From a virus (lineage: Duplodnaviria > Caudoviricetes), in IMG/VR virus record IMGVR_UViG_3300025674_000014: DNA of 64,000 nucleotides; one strand, 5' to 3'. The translations under genes and the position numbers were made by a program. The number at the start of each line of letters is the position of its first letter. Within the stretch, counting starts at the first letter, position 1. A model generated the notes under the pieces. It searched no databases. It saw only the letters and a list, made by a program, of their open reading frames with translations, and had not been told where the DNA came from. Below, one piece after another: positions 1 through 8,973 of this stretch.

Positions 1-348
1 CCTTCGGGTTTTAATAACCGTTGTGAAGTTAAATTATCTACCTATGATGAGAGGGATACATATTATGAAAAAGATGAGTGGATTTATAATCATTTAGATA
101 AAAAGTATACCCGTCTTAAAACAAAACCGGAAGTGTTACATGCAGAAAGTAACGCATTAATGAAAATAGCACGTTCAACTAACAGTAGCATTGGTTCTAC
201 CATGTATCTCACTTGCTCTCCCTGTTTTGAATGCGCTAAGTTAATAATTCAATCAGGAATTACTAGACTAGTTTATAAAGAAGATTATAGAAAAGAAGAT
301 GGTATTGATCTTCTTCGGCTGACTGATATAATAATTGAAAAGATTTAA
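1..348 (+). CDS. cd: dCMP deaminase (5'-truncated; frame is open from base 1)
   Basis: Frame 1 reads PSGFNNRCE...KTKPEVLHAESNALMK...TCSPCFECAKLIIQSGI: the HAE and PCxxC zinc-deaminase motifs. Confidence 0.93.
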   Translation, partial: PSGFNNRCEVKLSTYDERDTYYEKDEWIYNHLDKKYTRLKTKPEVLHAESNALMKIARSTNSSIGSTMYLTCSPCFECAKLIIQSGITRLVYKEDYRKEDGIDLLRLTDIIIEKI

Positions 349-349
349 C

Positions 350-424
350 GCGCCTATAGTTAAACGGATATAACCCTAGCCTTCTAAGCTTGTATTCTTG
401 GTTCGATTCCAAGTAGGCGTACCA
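350..424 (+). tRNA. trnR: tRNA-Arg, anticodon UCU
   Basis: Acceptor stem GCGCCTA/TAGGCGT, discriminator A421, encoded CCA 422-424, T-loop GGTTCGATTCC, anticodon loop CTTCTAA (TCT at 383-385); one T-T mismatch in the anticodon stem. Confidence 0.93.
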
Positions 425-431
425 TAATTTT

Positions 432-605
432 ATGAGCGATAAAATACCATACTCCAAAGTTAATAAAACGTCGATTCCGGCTGCAAAATCGAAAGCTCCG
501 TCTTCGAATATGCAGTCAGAAAATCGAAATGCCGGTAAAGGTGATAAGCCCAGACATAACGTATCTGTTTATTCGCAAAATTATGACGATATCAACTGGG
601 GATAG
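432..605 (+). CDS. small hypothetical protein (57 aa; missing from ORF track)
   Basis: MSDKIPYSK...NAGKGDKPRHNVSVYSQNYDDINWG*; the GKGDKPR...NYD.I.W tail resembles a recurrent small phage protein as I recall it. Confidence 0.6.
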   Translation: MSDKIPYSKVNKTSIPAAKSKAPSSNMQSENRNAGKGDKPRHNVSVYSQNYDDINWG

Positions 606-615
606 TAAAACCGAC

Positions 616-771
616 TTGCAAGTATTAATTAGATCTTATGCTAATTATATGAATATGTACGCTTCTAATTTAGGTCAGGAAGATGCTAATTTAGAAAAAA
701 CTTACAAGGAAGTAACTCTTAAAACTAAAAATTTTTGTAAACAACTAGAAGATTATGGCAAAAGGAATTAA
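616..771 (+). CDS. small hypothetical protein (start uncertain; ORF track gives 529)
   Basis: Fills the gap between 432-605 and 755-892; TTG at 616 avoids overlap with the upstream gene. No recognisable motif. Confidence 0.4.
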   Translation: MQVLIRSYANYMNMYASNLGQEDANLEKTYKEVTLKTKNFCKQLEDYGKRN

Positions 772-892
772 AGAAAAACGCAAAGTAACATTCGGTAAAC
801 TCGTAAATCGAAAAGGTCAACACTCAAAGAAAATGAGTAGAAATAAAAATAGCAAAAATTATAGTAAACCATATCGAGGTCAAGGGCGATGA
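755..892 (+). CDS. small basic hypothetical protein (45 aa; missing from ORF track)
   Basis: MAKGIKEKRKVTFGKLVNRKGQHSKKMSRNKNSKNYSKPYRGQGR*; ends in an ATGA overlap with the next gene; the YRGQG C-terminus resembles small proteins of T4-like aquatic phages. Confidence 0.65.
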   Translation: MAKGIKEKRKVTFGKLVNRKGQHSKKMSRNKNSKNYSKPYRGQGR

Positions 893-1665
893 CAGATTTT
901 TGCATTGAAACAACAGCTATCCATGATGAGTATATTGAAGAATATAATGAGCGTTTTGCTCCTCTCATGGATAAGTTGCCTAATACTCAGTTTATATGTG
1001 TTGCAACTAATCCCGATCTTGTAATCAAAAGAGATAACGTAAAAGTTGTTGATATCAAAAACTACACCGATACTAATTTTGTAAAAAGTTATGATCATAA
1101 AGGTGGTTTTTGTGAAATTTTACAAGCTACTAGATTTGGTTTAAGAGCAGCACGAGAAGCTGGTTATCTTAAAGTTATTCATTTGCAGACTGACATGTGG
1201 TTTACTGATGATGTAGATGAAGAAAAGTTATCTAAACATTTCAAACGTGGGTTGTATTTTGATATGGGAGGATCTACTTTAAATCTTAAACTTCAAACTC
1301 AAGATAATAAATCTGTTTATCTTGCTGAAAAATATAAGCTTGATGATAGGCAACTTGAAACGACTCCAGTTGGAGATGATCCTGTCGTATTGTTTAAGTT
1401 TAAGTCATCGGAAGAGTTTCATACATATCTTGAACATTTGGATAATTTATGTGCTGAAACTTTCTCACACCCTGGGTTTACAACAGGTATAGCTGATGAA
1501 TTAGTTTTTGCAATGCATCTTACTGGAGTTAGATCATATTATGATTACCATGGTGTGCTTCACCGTAGTGCTCAAAAATATTTTGATGTTGAGCATGGAC
1601 ATCTGCACATAAAACATTATAATGATAGAGACCCATCAATGATGGAAGAACGAAACTTAGTATAA
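889..1665 (+). CDS. hypothetical protein, possibly GT-A-fold glycosyltransferase-like
   Basis: 258-aa ORF, translationally coupled at both ends; RFGLRAAREAGYLKVIHLQTDMWF resembles the helix-strand-DxD segment of GT-A proteins, but the match is weak. Confidence 0.4.
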   Translation: MTDFCIETTAIHDEYIEEYNERFAPLMDKLPNTQFICVATNPDLVIKRDNVKVVDIKNYTDTNFVKSYDHKGGFCEILQATRFGLRAAREAGYLKVIHLQTDMWFTDDVDEEKLSKHFKRGLYFDMGGSTLNLKLQTQDNKSVYLAEKYKLDDRQLETTPVGDDPVVLFKFKSSEEFHTYLEHLDNLCAETFSHPGFTTGIADELVFAMHLTGVRSYYDYHGVLHRSAQKYFDVEHGHLHIKHYNDRDPSMMEERNLV

Positions 1666-2111
1666 TGCAAACATTCCTACCATACTCAAACTTTTACGAA
1701 AGTGCAAAAGTACTCGATCAAAAACGTCTTGGTAAACAACGAGTAGAAGTGTTACAACTTCTTAACTCTATTAAGGCATCTAAAGAAGATAGACCATACA
1801 AAGGTTGGAAAAACCACCCATGTCGTAAAATGTGGTATATGGGTCCTGATTATGATTACGCTAACGCATTAGTTGAGTATGGTTTGGATGTATGTATAGC
1901 TTGGAAGGAACGAGGTTATAAAGATACTTGTTTTGATAAGATTGCTGCTCATTATGATAGTAACAAAGCTATCGAGTACCCTGAATGGTTAGGTAGAGAA
2001 GACATTCATCAATCTCACCGTTCAATGCTTATACAAAAAGAAGAAAGTTGGTATAGAGATTTATGGCCTACTGAAAAAGATAACCTTGAATATATATGGC
2101 CTAACCCATAA
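1665..2111 (+). CDS. MSMEG_6728-family / pyrimidine-dimer DNA glycosylase-like protein
   Basis: MQTFLPY...LDQKRLGKQRVEVLQLL...GWKNHP...W...HQSHRSMLIQKE...YIWP matches this family's pattern. Confidence 0.85.
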   Translation: MQTFLPYSNFYESAKVLDQKRLGKQRVEVLQLLNSIKASKEDRPYKGWKNHPCRKMWYMGPDYDYANALVEYGLDVCIAWKERGYKDTCFDKIAAHYDSNKAIEYPEWLGREDIHQSHRSMLIQKEESWYRDLWPTEKDNLEYIWPNP

Positions 2112-2119
2112 TTATTAAC

Positions 2120-2359
2120 ATGAATAGTACAGCAAATAAATTTATTAAAGGTATTCACGCTGAACAATCTGGTAAACGTCTTAAAGCTTTAGCTGATTTA
2201 GAAGTATACCTCAACCAACCGGTTGGTGTAGGGGATCACAGTTTAGTTTCAGACGAAATTGAAAAGATACTTGTTAGAGTTAAAGATTGTGAAGATATAA
2301 TTGCTACTATTGAAAAACATTTTGATTTAACCACCAAAGAAGAAGTAATAAATGAGTAG
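2120..2359 (+). CDS. hypothetical protein (79 aa)
   Basis: Helical ORF with YLNQPVGVGDH core, overlapping the next start; typical small phage protein. Confidence 0.65.
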   Translation: MNSTANKFIKGIHAEQSGKRLKALADLEVYLNQPVGVGDHSLVSDEIEKILVRVKDCEDIIATIEKHFDLTTKEEVINE

Positions 2360-3032
2360 TAAAGTTTTAATTGCATCAGCAACATCTAAAAAAGATGAAA
2401 CTGAAACTCATCTTTTTAAGAGTCTTGAAGATCATGTAGAAGATATAGACCTTATTATTAAAACTGATAATAAAAAAGGTTTATGTCAGGTTTATAATGA
2501 GATTTTAGATGCTGAAGGCGATAAATATGATGCTATTATTTTCTGTCACGATGATGTGACAATTGACTCAAATAATTTCGTTGATAGAACCCTTACGGGG
2601 TTACAAACATATGATGTAGTTGGTGTTGCCGGTGGTAGCAAAATAAAGAAAAACACTCCTATTTTGTGGCATTTAATGACTGATAAAATGACACATAGTG
2701 GTATAGTTTTTCACCCTCATCATGAATATAAAGAGTTTTGTTTTCCTACTACCTTTGGCCCCAGACCTAAAGAGGTAGCTGTATTAGATGGGGTTTATCT
2801 TGCAGTTAAACCAAAAACTTTATTTGAGAAGGAAATTAAATTTGATGAAAACATAAAAGGCTTTCATCATTATGATATTAAGTTTAGTATCGATTGTAAG
2901 CTTGCAGGATTATCACTCGGTACACTTGATATTAACATAATTCATCAATCACCAGGTCTGGATGTATATGATGACGCGTTTAAAGACTCTGAAAAATATA
3001 TGAAAGAGTTTTTAAACGAAATTATGACCTAG
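2352..3032 (+). CDS. glycosyltransferase family 2-like protein
   Basis: KKGLCQVYNEIL...IIFCHDDV...VVGVAG...VAVLDGVYLAV...FDENIKGFHHYDIKFS: DxD-like HDD and GFHxYD motifs. Confidence 0.8.
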   Translation: MSSKVLIASATSKKDETETHLFKSLEDHVEDIDLIIKTDNKKGLCQVYNEILDAEGDKYDAIIFCHDDVTIDSNNFVDRTLTGLQTYDVVGVAGGSKIKKNTPILWHLMTDKMTHSGIVFHPHHEYKEFCFPTTFGPRPKEVAVLDGVYLAVKPKTLFEKEIKFDENIKGFHHYDIKFSIDCKLAGLSLGTLDINIIHQSPGLDVYDDAFKDSEKYMKEFLNEIMT

Positions 3033-5304
3033 GATCATCTTCGTTAAAAGTTTTCTTTCTATTGTAAACTTCTGTAGCAGTATTTATTTCTGTTTCATTA
3101 TTTGCCTTAGCAATTTCCCTCACTTGACTATTTGTATCAGTTAATGTGAGGGGAATATTTCTAAAGTGATGTGAGTGTGCGTAAATTTTAACAGAATTAG
3201 CAGTAGCAACAGCAGTTACGGTACTACCATCACTATCTTTTCCAATTTCAAGTCCACCAACTAACTCACCATATAATATAACTTGTTCTGTTTCTTGAAA
3301 CTCTGTTGGAGCAGTTATGTGATTAACGCTTAACTCACCATCAACATGTAAACCACCTCTAACAACCATGTTACCATTTACTCCAAAATTACTATCAACT
3401 AATACCTGGCCACTTTGTTTATTTTTAATTGAAACAATATTAGCTTCCAATGTTAATCTTTCACCACCATTAATGTTTACTTCATTTTCAGATGAAATAT
3501 TAACTTGCTGACCACCAACATTTGTAATAGCACCAGATACATCTACTCTACCATAGGATTTAAGAGATAAACCACCAGCACCTACCTGAACATTGTAACG
3601 ATTTGCAACATTTAACGTATAAGTACCACCTGGCATATCATCGACGTGAACATATTCAAGCATCGGGCTTTCTTTTTTGTGTTCATATACGCCTAAATTA
3701 TCTACAAACACCGCATCATTATAAATTTTACCAACTGAATCAATTCTTATACTACCAAAGTCATTCATTACTAAACCAATTGATTCAACTTTATTTTTTG
3801 TAATATCAATTATATGATTACCACCTAATCCCATTTTTTCTTCTATTGCAGCTAGCTTAGTAATGTTATCCTGATATAAAGCTTTATATTCACTATAAGA
3901 TTTTTTATTTTCTTCAACCCATATACCATCCATACTACTAGGACTAATACCAGTTTCATTACAAACAGGGCATCTTTCTACTGGAGGTAATAAAGTTTCT
4001 TCAGGTAAACTACCTTTTCCATAACTAACGGGTGTATAAGACGCAATTGGATCACTATTGAGTTTTACTGAAATTTCATTACTATAATTTGCAACCCTAC
4101 CATTAATAACTAAAAATTCTTTACCGCTTTCCCCTAAACAAACTGGGCATTTAGCATATTCACCATCTAAAACTTGTAAAGTAGACGTTAATTTAAGATA
4201 AGGAGAATCTTTTATAGCTTCTGCTCTTCTAATTTCGAATAATTGTTTAATATTTGCTATACTTGCAACAATATCATGCCATTCTTCATAAGCAGATACA
4301 TTAAAATTACCTATCTTTTGATAATAATCGCCTCTAGTAATATAATCTAAGTCTCTACCAGTATAAATGTTTCTAAATCCTTTTACTGTATCAAATTGAT
4401 CTTCCTGTACTAATCTTTGATCATTATGAGGTGAAAATTCTACATTAGTTTTTAATGCAAATTCTTTAAACCCACCACTATAACCTGAAAATTTAAGACT
4501 TTCTCTGTAATCAGAATTTACAAATTCTATCGTACCACCTTTTTGGTTTATAACATATTTGTTTTTGTAATAATCTAAATCTTGTTCTTTAACATTATTG
4601 GCTGATAGGCTAACGTTTTCGAATGATCCGGGGTAATCATATCCTTTTGACCCTCCGTAGATGCCTTGCCAATCATTATCACCATAACTAGCAGCAAAAT
4701 AAACTGGAAAAAGAGGATCACCATTGTGAAAAAATACCCATACGTGCGAGCCAACTGCGGGCACTGCAAATGCGCCTTTAGCTTTGTTCGAATATACACT
4801 GGGAGCGTACTCAAAGCTAAACAAATTAACGTTATTATTGTTATTAGCGATAGGGTCGTTAAATGCGTCATTAACTCTAAAACGATATTTTTCATATATA
4901 TTTCCTTCTTTCTCTCCAATGCCTTCCAAGTTTTGTTGACCCGTAGTAATAGTTTGATCTATTTTTATTTCACCGTCTTGGAAACCACTTAATCCGAAAT
5001 AGCTACTATCTGATATAGACGCATAATCTCCAGTTGCATTAAATCTACCAGATGACATTTCACCTGTTATTGGAGATGCGCAAATACTCCATGGTAAAAT
5101 TAATTTTAAATCATCATATATATCATTGAGATCACTGTTAATATTTCCACCTAAAAATTTAAATTTTTTGTCTTCCGGAATTTCGTTCCAGTTTTTATAT
5201 ACGGTAGGTGAAACGTGAGGTACAAAAATTTTAACACGACCTCTAGCTTTAGGGTCGTTGTTCTGTATTACTATACCTAAATAATTTCCGTAATATTTTT
5301 TCAT
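3022..5304 (-). CDS. gp5: baseplate hub / central spike protein (T4 gp5-like OB-fold N-terminus)
   Basis: YYGNYLGIVIQNNDPKARGRVKIFVP...LPW and VPAVGSHVWVFFHNGDPLFPVYF are gp5/VgrG OB-fold motifs; beta-helix-like C-terminal half ending in HSHH. Confidence 0.8.
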   Translation of the reverse strand: MKKYYGNYLGIVIQNNDPKARGRVKIFVPHVSPTVYKNWNEIPEDKKFKFLGGNINSDLNDIYDDLKLILPWSICASPITGEMSSGRFNATGDYASISDSSYFGLSGFQDGEIKIDQTITTGQQNLEGIGEKEGNIYEKYRFRVNDAFNDPIANNNNNVNLFSFEYAPSVYSNKAKGAFAVPAVGSHVWVFFHNGDPLFPVYFAASYGDNDWQGIYGGSKGYDYPGSFENVSLSANNVKEQDLDYYKNKYVINQKGGTIEFVNSDYRESLKFSGYSGGFKEFALKTNVEFSPHNDQRLVQEDQFDTVKGFRNIYTGRDLDYITRGDYYQKIGNFNVSAYEEWHDIVASIANIKQLFEIRRAEAIKDSPYLKLTSTLQVLDGEYAKCPVCLGESGKEFLVINGRVANYSNEISVKLNSDPIASYTPVSYGKGSLPEETLLPPVERCPVCNETGISPSSMDGIWVEENKKSYSEYKALYQDNITKLAAIEEKMGLGGNHIIDITKNKVESIGLVMNDFGSIRIDSVGKIYNDAVFVDNLGVYEHKKESPMLEYVHVDDMPGGTYTLNVANRYNVQVGAGGLSLKSYGRVDVSGAITNVGGQQVNISSENEVNINGGERLTLEANIVSIKNKQSGQVLVDSNFGVNGNMVVRGGLHVDGELSVNHITAPTEFQETEQVILYGELVGGLEIGKDSDGSTVTAVATANSVKIYAHSHHFRNIPLTLTDTNSQVREIAKANNETEINTATEVYNRKKTFNEDDPRS

Positions 5305-6593
5305 TTAAAGTTTAAATTAACAGTAGATTTACCACTTCTTATTCGACTAGTGAATATATTTTCACCATTATCTTCTTTGAATACCCCATTTACAGACTGT
5401 TGGTCAGCTTGAATATATGTATCTTCTCCAAAGCCTCTGAAATCAGTTAAAATACTAAGAGCCCCGTACGGTAATTTTGTTCCAGGTTTTTTATATGTTC
5501 CTGTAATGATATACGTGTTATCAGTCGTGTAAAACCCTGTTGACGATGTTACCATATAACCTTTGTTGTCAATTTCTAAAGTTACAATAAAATAACCACC
5601 CGGTAATTTTCTAATTGCAGCTCTTTTATTTTTAAACTCATTAACATCATATGTAGCAATTTCTGGATTTTGATCTTTTTCTGAAACTATATCATAAACA
5701 TATTTGTAATTTTGATCCATTACATCATTAACAACACTTATAGCAAATTCTTCCGGGTCTGTAATTTTTTCAAAACTATCAATAATACCGACACCAGCTT
5801 CAACTAAAGCGTTCAAAGTACCAATTTCTGCATCCTCGGAAACCGGGGTTCTATAAACTCTAATACTATAATAATTCCAAAATATAGGTGGTATTTCTTC
5901 AACTTCAGTAATCGCTGGTACTTCTTCTTGTTTAGATTTTTCAGCTGGCGGTTCAGTTCTTTGTTTTACATTTTCATCTGCTTGTGTAGCTAAAGCAACT
6001 TGACTCTTTTTTACACTTTCTTTTTCTATTTTTTCAACCGTTTCAGGTTTTTCAGCGAAATCTTTTCTTTCTCTAGGAGTAAATTCAGTAGGTACTTCTT
6101 CACACCCTAACATTTTTTTCAAAGATAACCCTCCAGTTTCTACTTGATCTAAACCATTTTGTTTCTTAATTGTGAAAGCTTCTTTTATACCCTTTACTGT
6201 ATTTTTGGCTGTATTTTTTATATCCTCAAAAGTTGCTTTGAAAGCATCTTTAATAGATAAGTTTTTAGCATCACCAAGATCCGGTACTTTAAATTGATCT
6301 AAAGAAGGTATACCAAATGGTACAGTAAACACACCTATTAAGTCTTTTATTTTTTCTTTAATACATGCAGCCATACCTGGTGTATTTTTTTTAACACCTT
6401 CAGCAATTTTTTGATCTTTAATTTCTTTTGGTAAAGGGGTATTACCTTCACCAACTAAATTTTTAGAGTTTAGAGTCTCTACGTTTTTTAACTCTTCGGT
6501 AGGTTTAGGTACAGATAAAGTACTAGTAACGTTGCTTTTTTTAGCTTTGAGACGTTCTTGTATTAAAGTTTTGGTATTGACTTTTTGTACCAC
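5301..6593 (-). CDS. hypothetical late protein, co-transcribed with gp5-like gene
   Basis: 430-aa ORF with GTG start preceded by TAAATA; 4-nt overlap with the gp5-like start; charged low-complexity N-half and aromatic beta-rich C-domain. Confidence 0.7.
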   Translation of the reverse strand: MVQKVNTKTLIQERLKAKKSNVTSTLSVPKPTEELKNVETLNSKNLVGEGNTPLPKEIKDQKIAEGVKKNTPGMAACIKEKIKDLIGVFTVPFGIPSLDQFKVPDLGDAKNLSIKDAFKATFEDIKNTAKNTVKGIKEAFTIKKQNGLDQVETGGLSLKKMLGCEEVPTEFTPRERKDFAEKPETVEKIEKESVKKSQVALATQADENVKQRTEPPAEKSKQEEVPAITEVEEIPPIFWNYYSIRVYRTPVSEDAEIGTLNALVEAGVGIIDSFEKITDPEEFAISVVNDVMDQNYKYVYDIVSEKDQNPEIATYDVNEFKNKRAAIRKLPGGYFIVTLEIDNKGYMVTSSTGFYTTDNTYIITGTYKKPGTKLPYGALSILTDFRGFGEDTYIQADQQSVNGVFKEDNGENIFTSRIRSGKSTVNLNFK

Positions 6594-6598
6594 ATATA

Positions 6599-6606
6599 TA
6601 TTTAGT
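6599..6606 (-). promoter_or_regulatory. T4-late-like promoter motif ACTAAATA
   Basis: TAAATA ends 5 nt before the GTG at 6593; the same motif and spacing recur before other structural genes. Confidence 0.55.
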
Positions 6607-6627
6607 TACCTTATCTGATAATAAAAC

Positions 6628-6660
6628 TTGAATTCTTGGTGGAATATGCTAATATAAATA
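6628..6660 (+). promoter_or_regulatory. putative sigma70-type promoter, overlapped by TATAAATA
   Basis: TTGAAT (6628-6633), 16 nt, then TG-n-TAATAT extended -10 (6647-6655); TATAAATA at 6653-6660 lies 1 nt before the ATG at 6662. Confidence 0.45.
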
Positions 6661-6661
6661 T

Positions 6662-7420
6662 ATGCGAATTTGTGTTATACCAGACCTACATAACAAAATT
6701 GATGTAGCGGATTATATTATTAACGAAGAGGATGCACATGTAGATGAGTTCGTTCTACTTGGAGATTATTTCGATGATTACAATGATACACCTGAAGATA
6801 ACAGAGAGACAGGTTTGTTTATCAATGAATTTATCAACAACGATAAGTTTAAGTTTTTGATTGGTAATCATGATCTTCATTATATCATTAATCATACTCC
6901 ATATCAGTGTAAAAATAGCTACGATGAAGAAAAATTTAATTCTATTAATGAAGTTGTTTCCGAAGATGCTTGGGAAAAAATGGTCTGGACCCATATTAGA
7001 GATAAATGGTTATTTTCACATTCTGGTATTATCGCTACAGATGGAGTGTTCAATCAAGATGAACACGACGGTAACTTAAATCTAGAAATTCAAAATGTTA
7101 TTGAAGCTAATCTCCCTGTTTCACCTAAACTTGGTTATGGTGGTACATACTGGAGAAGAGATTGTGAAGATGAACTACCTTATGCCGAAGCAGAAAATTT
7201 TAAATACAATCAAATGTATGGTCATACTGTACTTGCTAAATGGGATTGCACTCAATATGTAGGGTATAGAGCTTATAATATTGATACGCATATGCAATAT
7301 TATGCTATTATTAATACGGAGAATGATTATGTTGAGATCAAACGAACAAATTATACACATAGGTATTGGCCTCTTGAAGTAAAATGGTTACAAAAAACAG
7401 ATCAGATAAAAAATTTGTAA
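6662..7420 (+). CDS. calcineurin-like metallophosphoesterase
   Basis: IPDLH, LLGDYFD, LIGNHD, FSHSG and YGHT are the five conserved metallophosphoesterase motifs. Confidence 0.9.
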   Translation: MRICVIPDLHNKIDVADYIINEEDAHVDEFVLLGDYFDDYNDTPEDNRETGLFINEFINNDKFKFLIGNHDLHYIINHTPYQCKNSYDEEKFNSINEVVSEDAWEKMVWTHIRDKWLFSHSGIIATDGVFNQDEHDGNLNLEIQNVIEANLPVSPKLGYGGTYWRRDCEDELPYAEAENFKYNQMYGHTVLAKWDCTQYVGYRAYNIDTHMQYYAIINTENDYVEIKRTNYTHRYWPLEVKWLQKTDQIKNL

Positions 7421-8004
7421 GTCTATCAGGACCGAGTTGTTCAGGTAAAACTACTTTGGTTAATGCTGTAAACTGGTCTGATTACTTTAAAGATTATCAT
7501 TTAGTAGAATCTCATACTAGGGCTTTGAAGTCTAAAGGTATGCAGATTAATGAAAAGGGTAGCGATGAAACTCAAGTTGCTGTGATGGATATTCATCATA
7601 GTAATTATGTAAAGTTTGATACTAAAAGTAATATCAAATCATTTATAACTGATAGGTGTGTTTTAGATGGTATTGTTTATACTGAATGGTTAGCTAATAC
7701 TGATAGGATTCATAGTAATATTCTTAGTTATGCAAGTAAGATATTTATGGATGTAAAAGATAAAATTGATATTTTATTCTATTGTGAACCTGTTGAGTAT
7801 AAGGATGATGCAGATAGAAAATTATCTAAAAGAGATCATGAAATAATTTGTAATTTATTTGAGTCTTATATTGGTATGTTTGATTTGAATCAAGTAGTAA
7901 GACTTAGAGGTTCAGTTGAAGAACGATTGAAGATTATAGATAACAAACTAAAATTTAACAAAGTTAAATTAACTACAGAAGATATTTTATTATGGAACAA
8001 CTAG
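7384..8004 (+). CDS. P-loop NTPase, nucleotide-kinase-like (AAA_28/NadR-type)
   Basis: Walker A SGPSCSGKTT, ITDRCVLDGIVYT, and DxxR lid motif (DDADR). Confidence 0.75.
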   Translation: MVTKNRSDKKFVSLSGPSCSGKTTLVNAVNWSDYFKDYHLVESHTRALKSKGMQINEKGSDETQVAVMDIHHSNYVKFDTKSNIKSFITDRCVLDGIVYTEWLANTDRIHSNILSYASKIFMDVKDKIDILFYCEPVEYKDDADRKLSKRDHEIICNLFESYIGMFDLNQVVRLRGSVEERLKIIDNKLKFNKVKLTTEDILLWNN

Positions 8005-8885
8005 ATAACACAAACATTAGTACACACCTAGGTCAGAGTAGTCAGTATAAGTCGCAATATGACCCTGGATTGTTGGTAAGAGAGCCTCGTCAAAGTAACC
8101 GTTCATATCTTGATATTCAAGATGACAATCTACCGTTTGTAGGTTATGATGTATGGAATGGTTATGAAGTATCTGCTTTGACTAATAACGGTAGACCAGT
8201 AGCTGCAATTGCTAAAGTAATTTACCCGTGTGATAGTAAGTATATCGTTGAATCAAAGTCTATGAAACTATATTGGAATAGTTTCAATATGACCAAGCTT
8301 GGTGATACATCTCAGGATGTGATGGGTGAAATTGAAAAGAGAGCTATTGAAGACCTATCAAACTTTCTTGAAACAAACGTAAGTGTTCAATTGTTTTTCG
8401 ATGATACAGAAATTGAAGAAGGTTTAGACTTTTCTGTTATTGAAAATATCGATATTACAGTTGGTCAAGACGTTGTATTTGATACTTATAACGAAACCCC
8501 TGAACTGTTAGAAGTAGAAGAGCATGATGAGCCTCAAGATATTAATTATATTTCTGGCTTGTTGAAGTCAAATTGTAGGGTAACTTCACAACCTGATTGG
8601 GGTGATGTATACATTTACATGAGAGGTAATAAAGTACCCACTAAAGAATCACTTCTAAAGTATATCGTATCATTTAGAGATGAATGTCATTTTCATGAAG
8701 AGATTTGTGAATGTATTTATAAGAGACTATGGGATACTTTCTCTCCCGAAGAGTTATCTGTAATGTGTTTATATGTTAGAAGAGGTGGCTGGGACATTAA
8801 TCCTCATAGGTGCTCCCATGAGCATCTTTATAATGAGCTTATATTCGATATAGGTAAGATCTTTCCTAAGCGTCCTAGACAATAG
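7992..8885 (+). CDS. queF: NADPH-dependent 7-cyano-7-deazaguanine (preQ0) reductase, bimodular type
   Basis: LGQSSQYKSQYDPGLL N-terminus, QueF motif IVESKSMKLYWNSF, catalytic LLKSNCRVTSQPDWG, FHEE, and YVRRGGWDINP. Confidence 0.92.
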   Translation: MEQLDNTNISTHLGQSSQYKSQYDPGLLVREPRQSNRSYLDIQDDNLPFVGYDVWNGYEVSALTNNGRPVAAIAKVIYPCDSKYIVESKSMKLYWNSFNMTKLGDTSQDVMGEIEKRAIEDLSNFLETNVSVQLFFDDTEIEEGLDFSVIENIDITVGQDVVFDTYNETPELLEVEEHDEPQDINYISGLLKSNCRVTSQPDWGDVYIYMRGNKVPTKESLLKYIVSFRDECHFHEEICECIYKRLWDTFSPEELSVMCLYVRRGGWDINPHRCSHEHLYNELIFDIGKIFPKRPRQ

Positions 8886-8903
8886 TCCGTTCCATAAACA
8901 GGT

Positions 8904-8939
8904 GAAAGACCCGGGGTTCGAAACCGGGTCTTTCTTTTT
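8904..8939 (+). terminator. Rho-independent terminator after queF
   Basis: 11-bp inverted repeat GAAAGACCCGG / CCGGGTCTTTC followed by a T run, at the convergence point of the two transcription units. Confidence 0.8.
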
Positions 8940-8973
8940 GCACGCCTGCGGGATCGGGGTCGACAGGAGTAAA

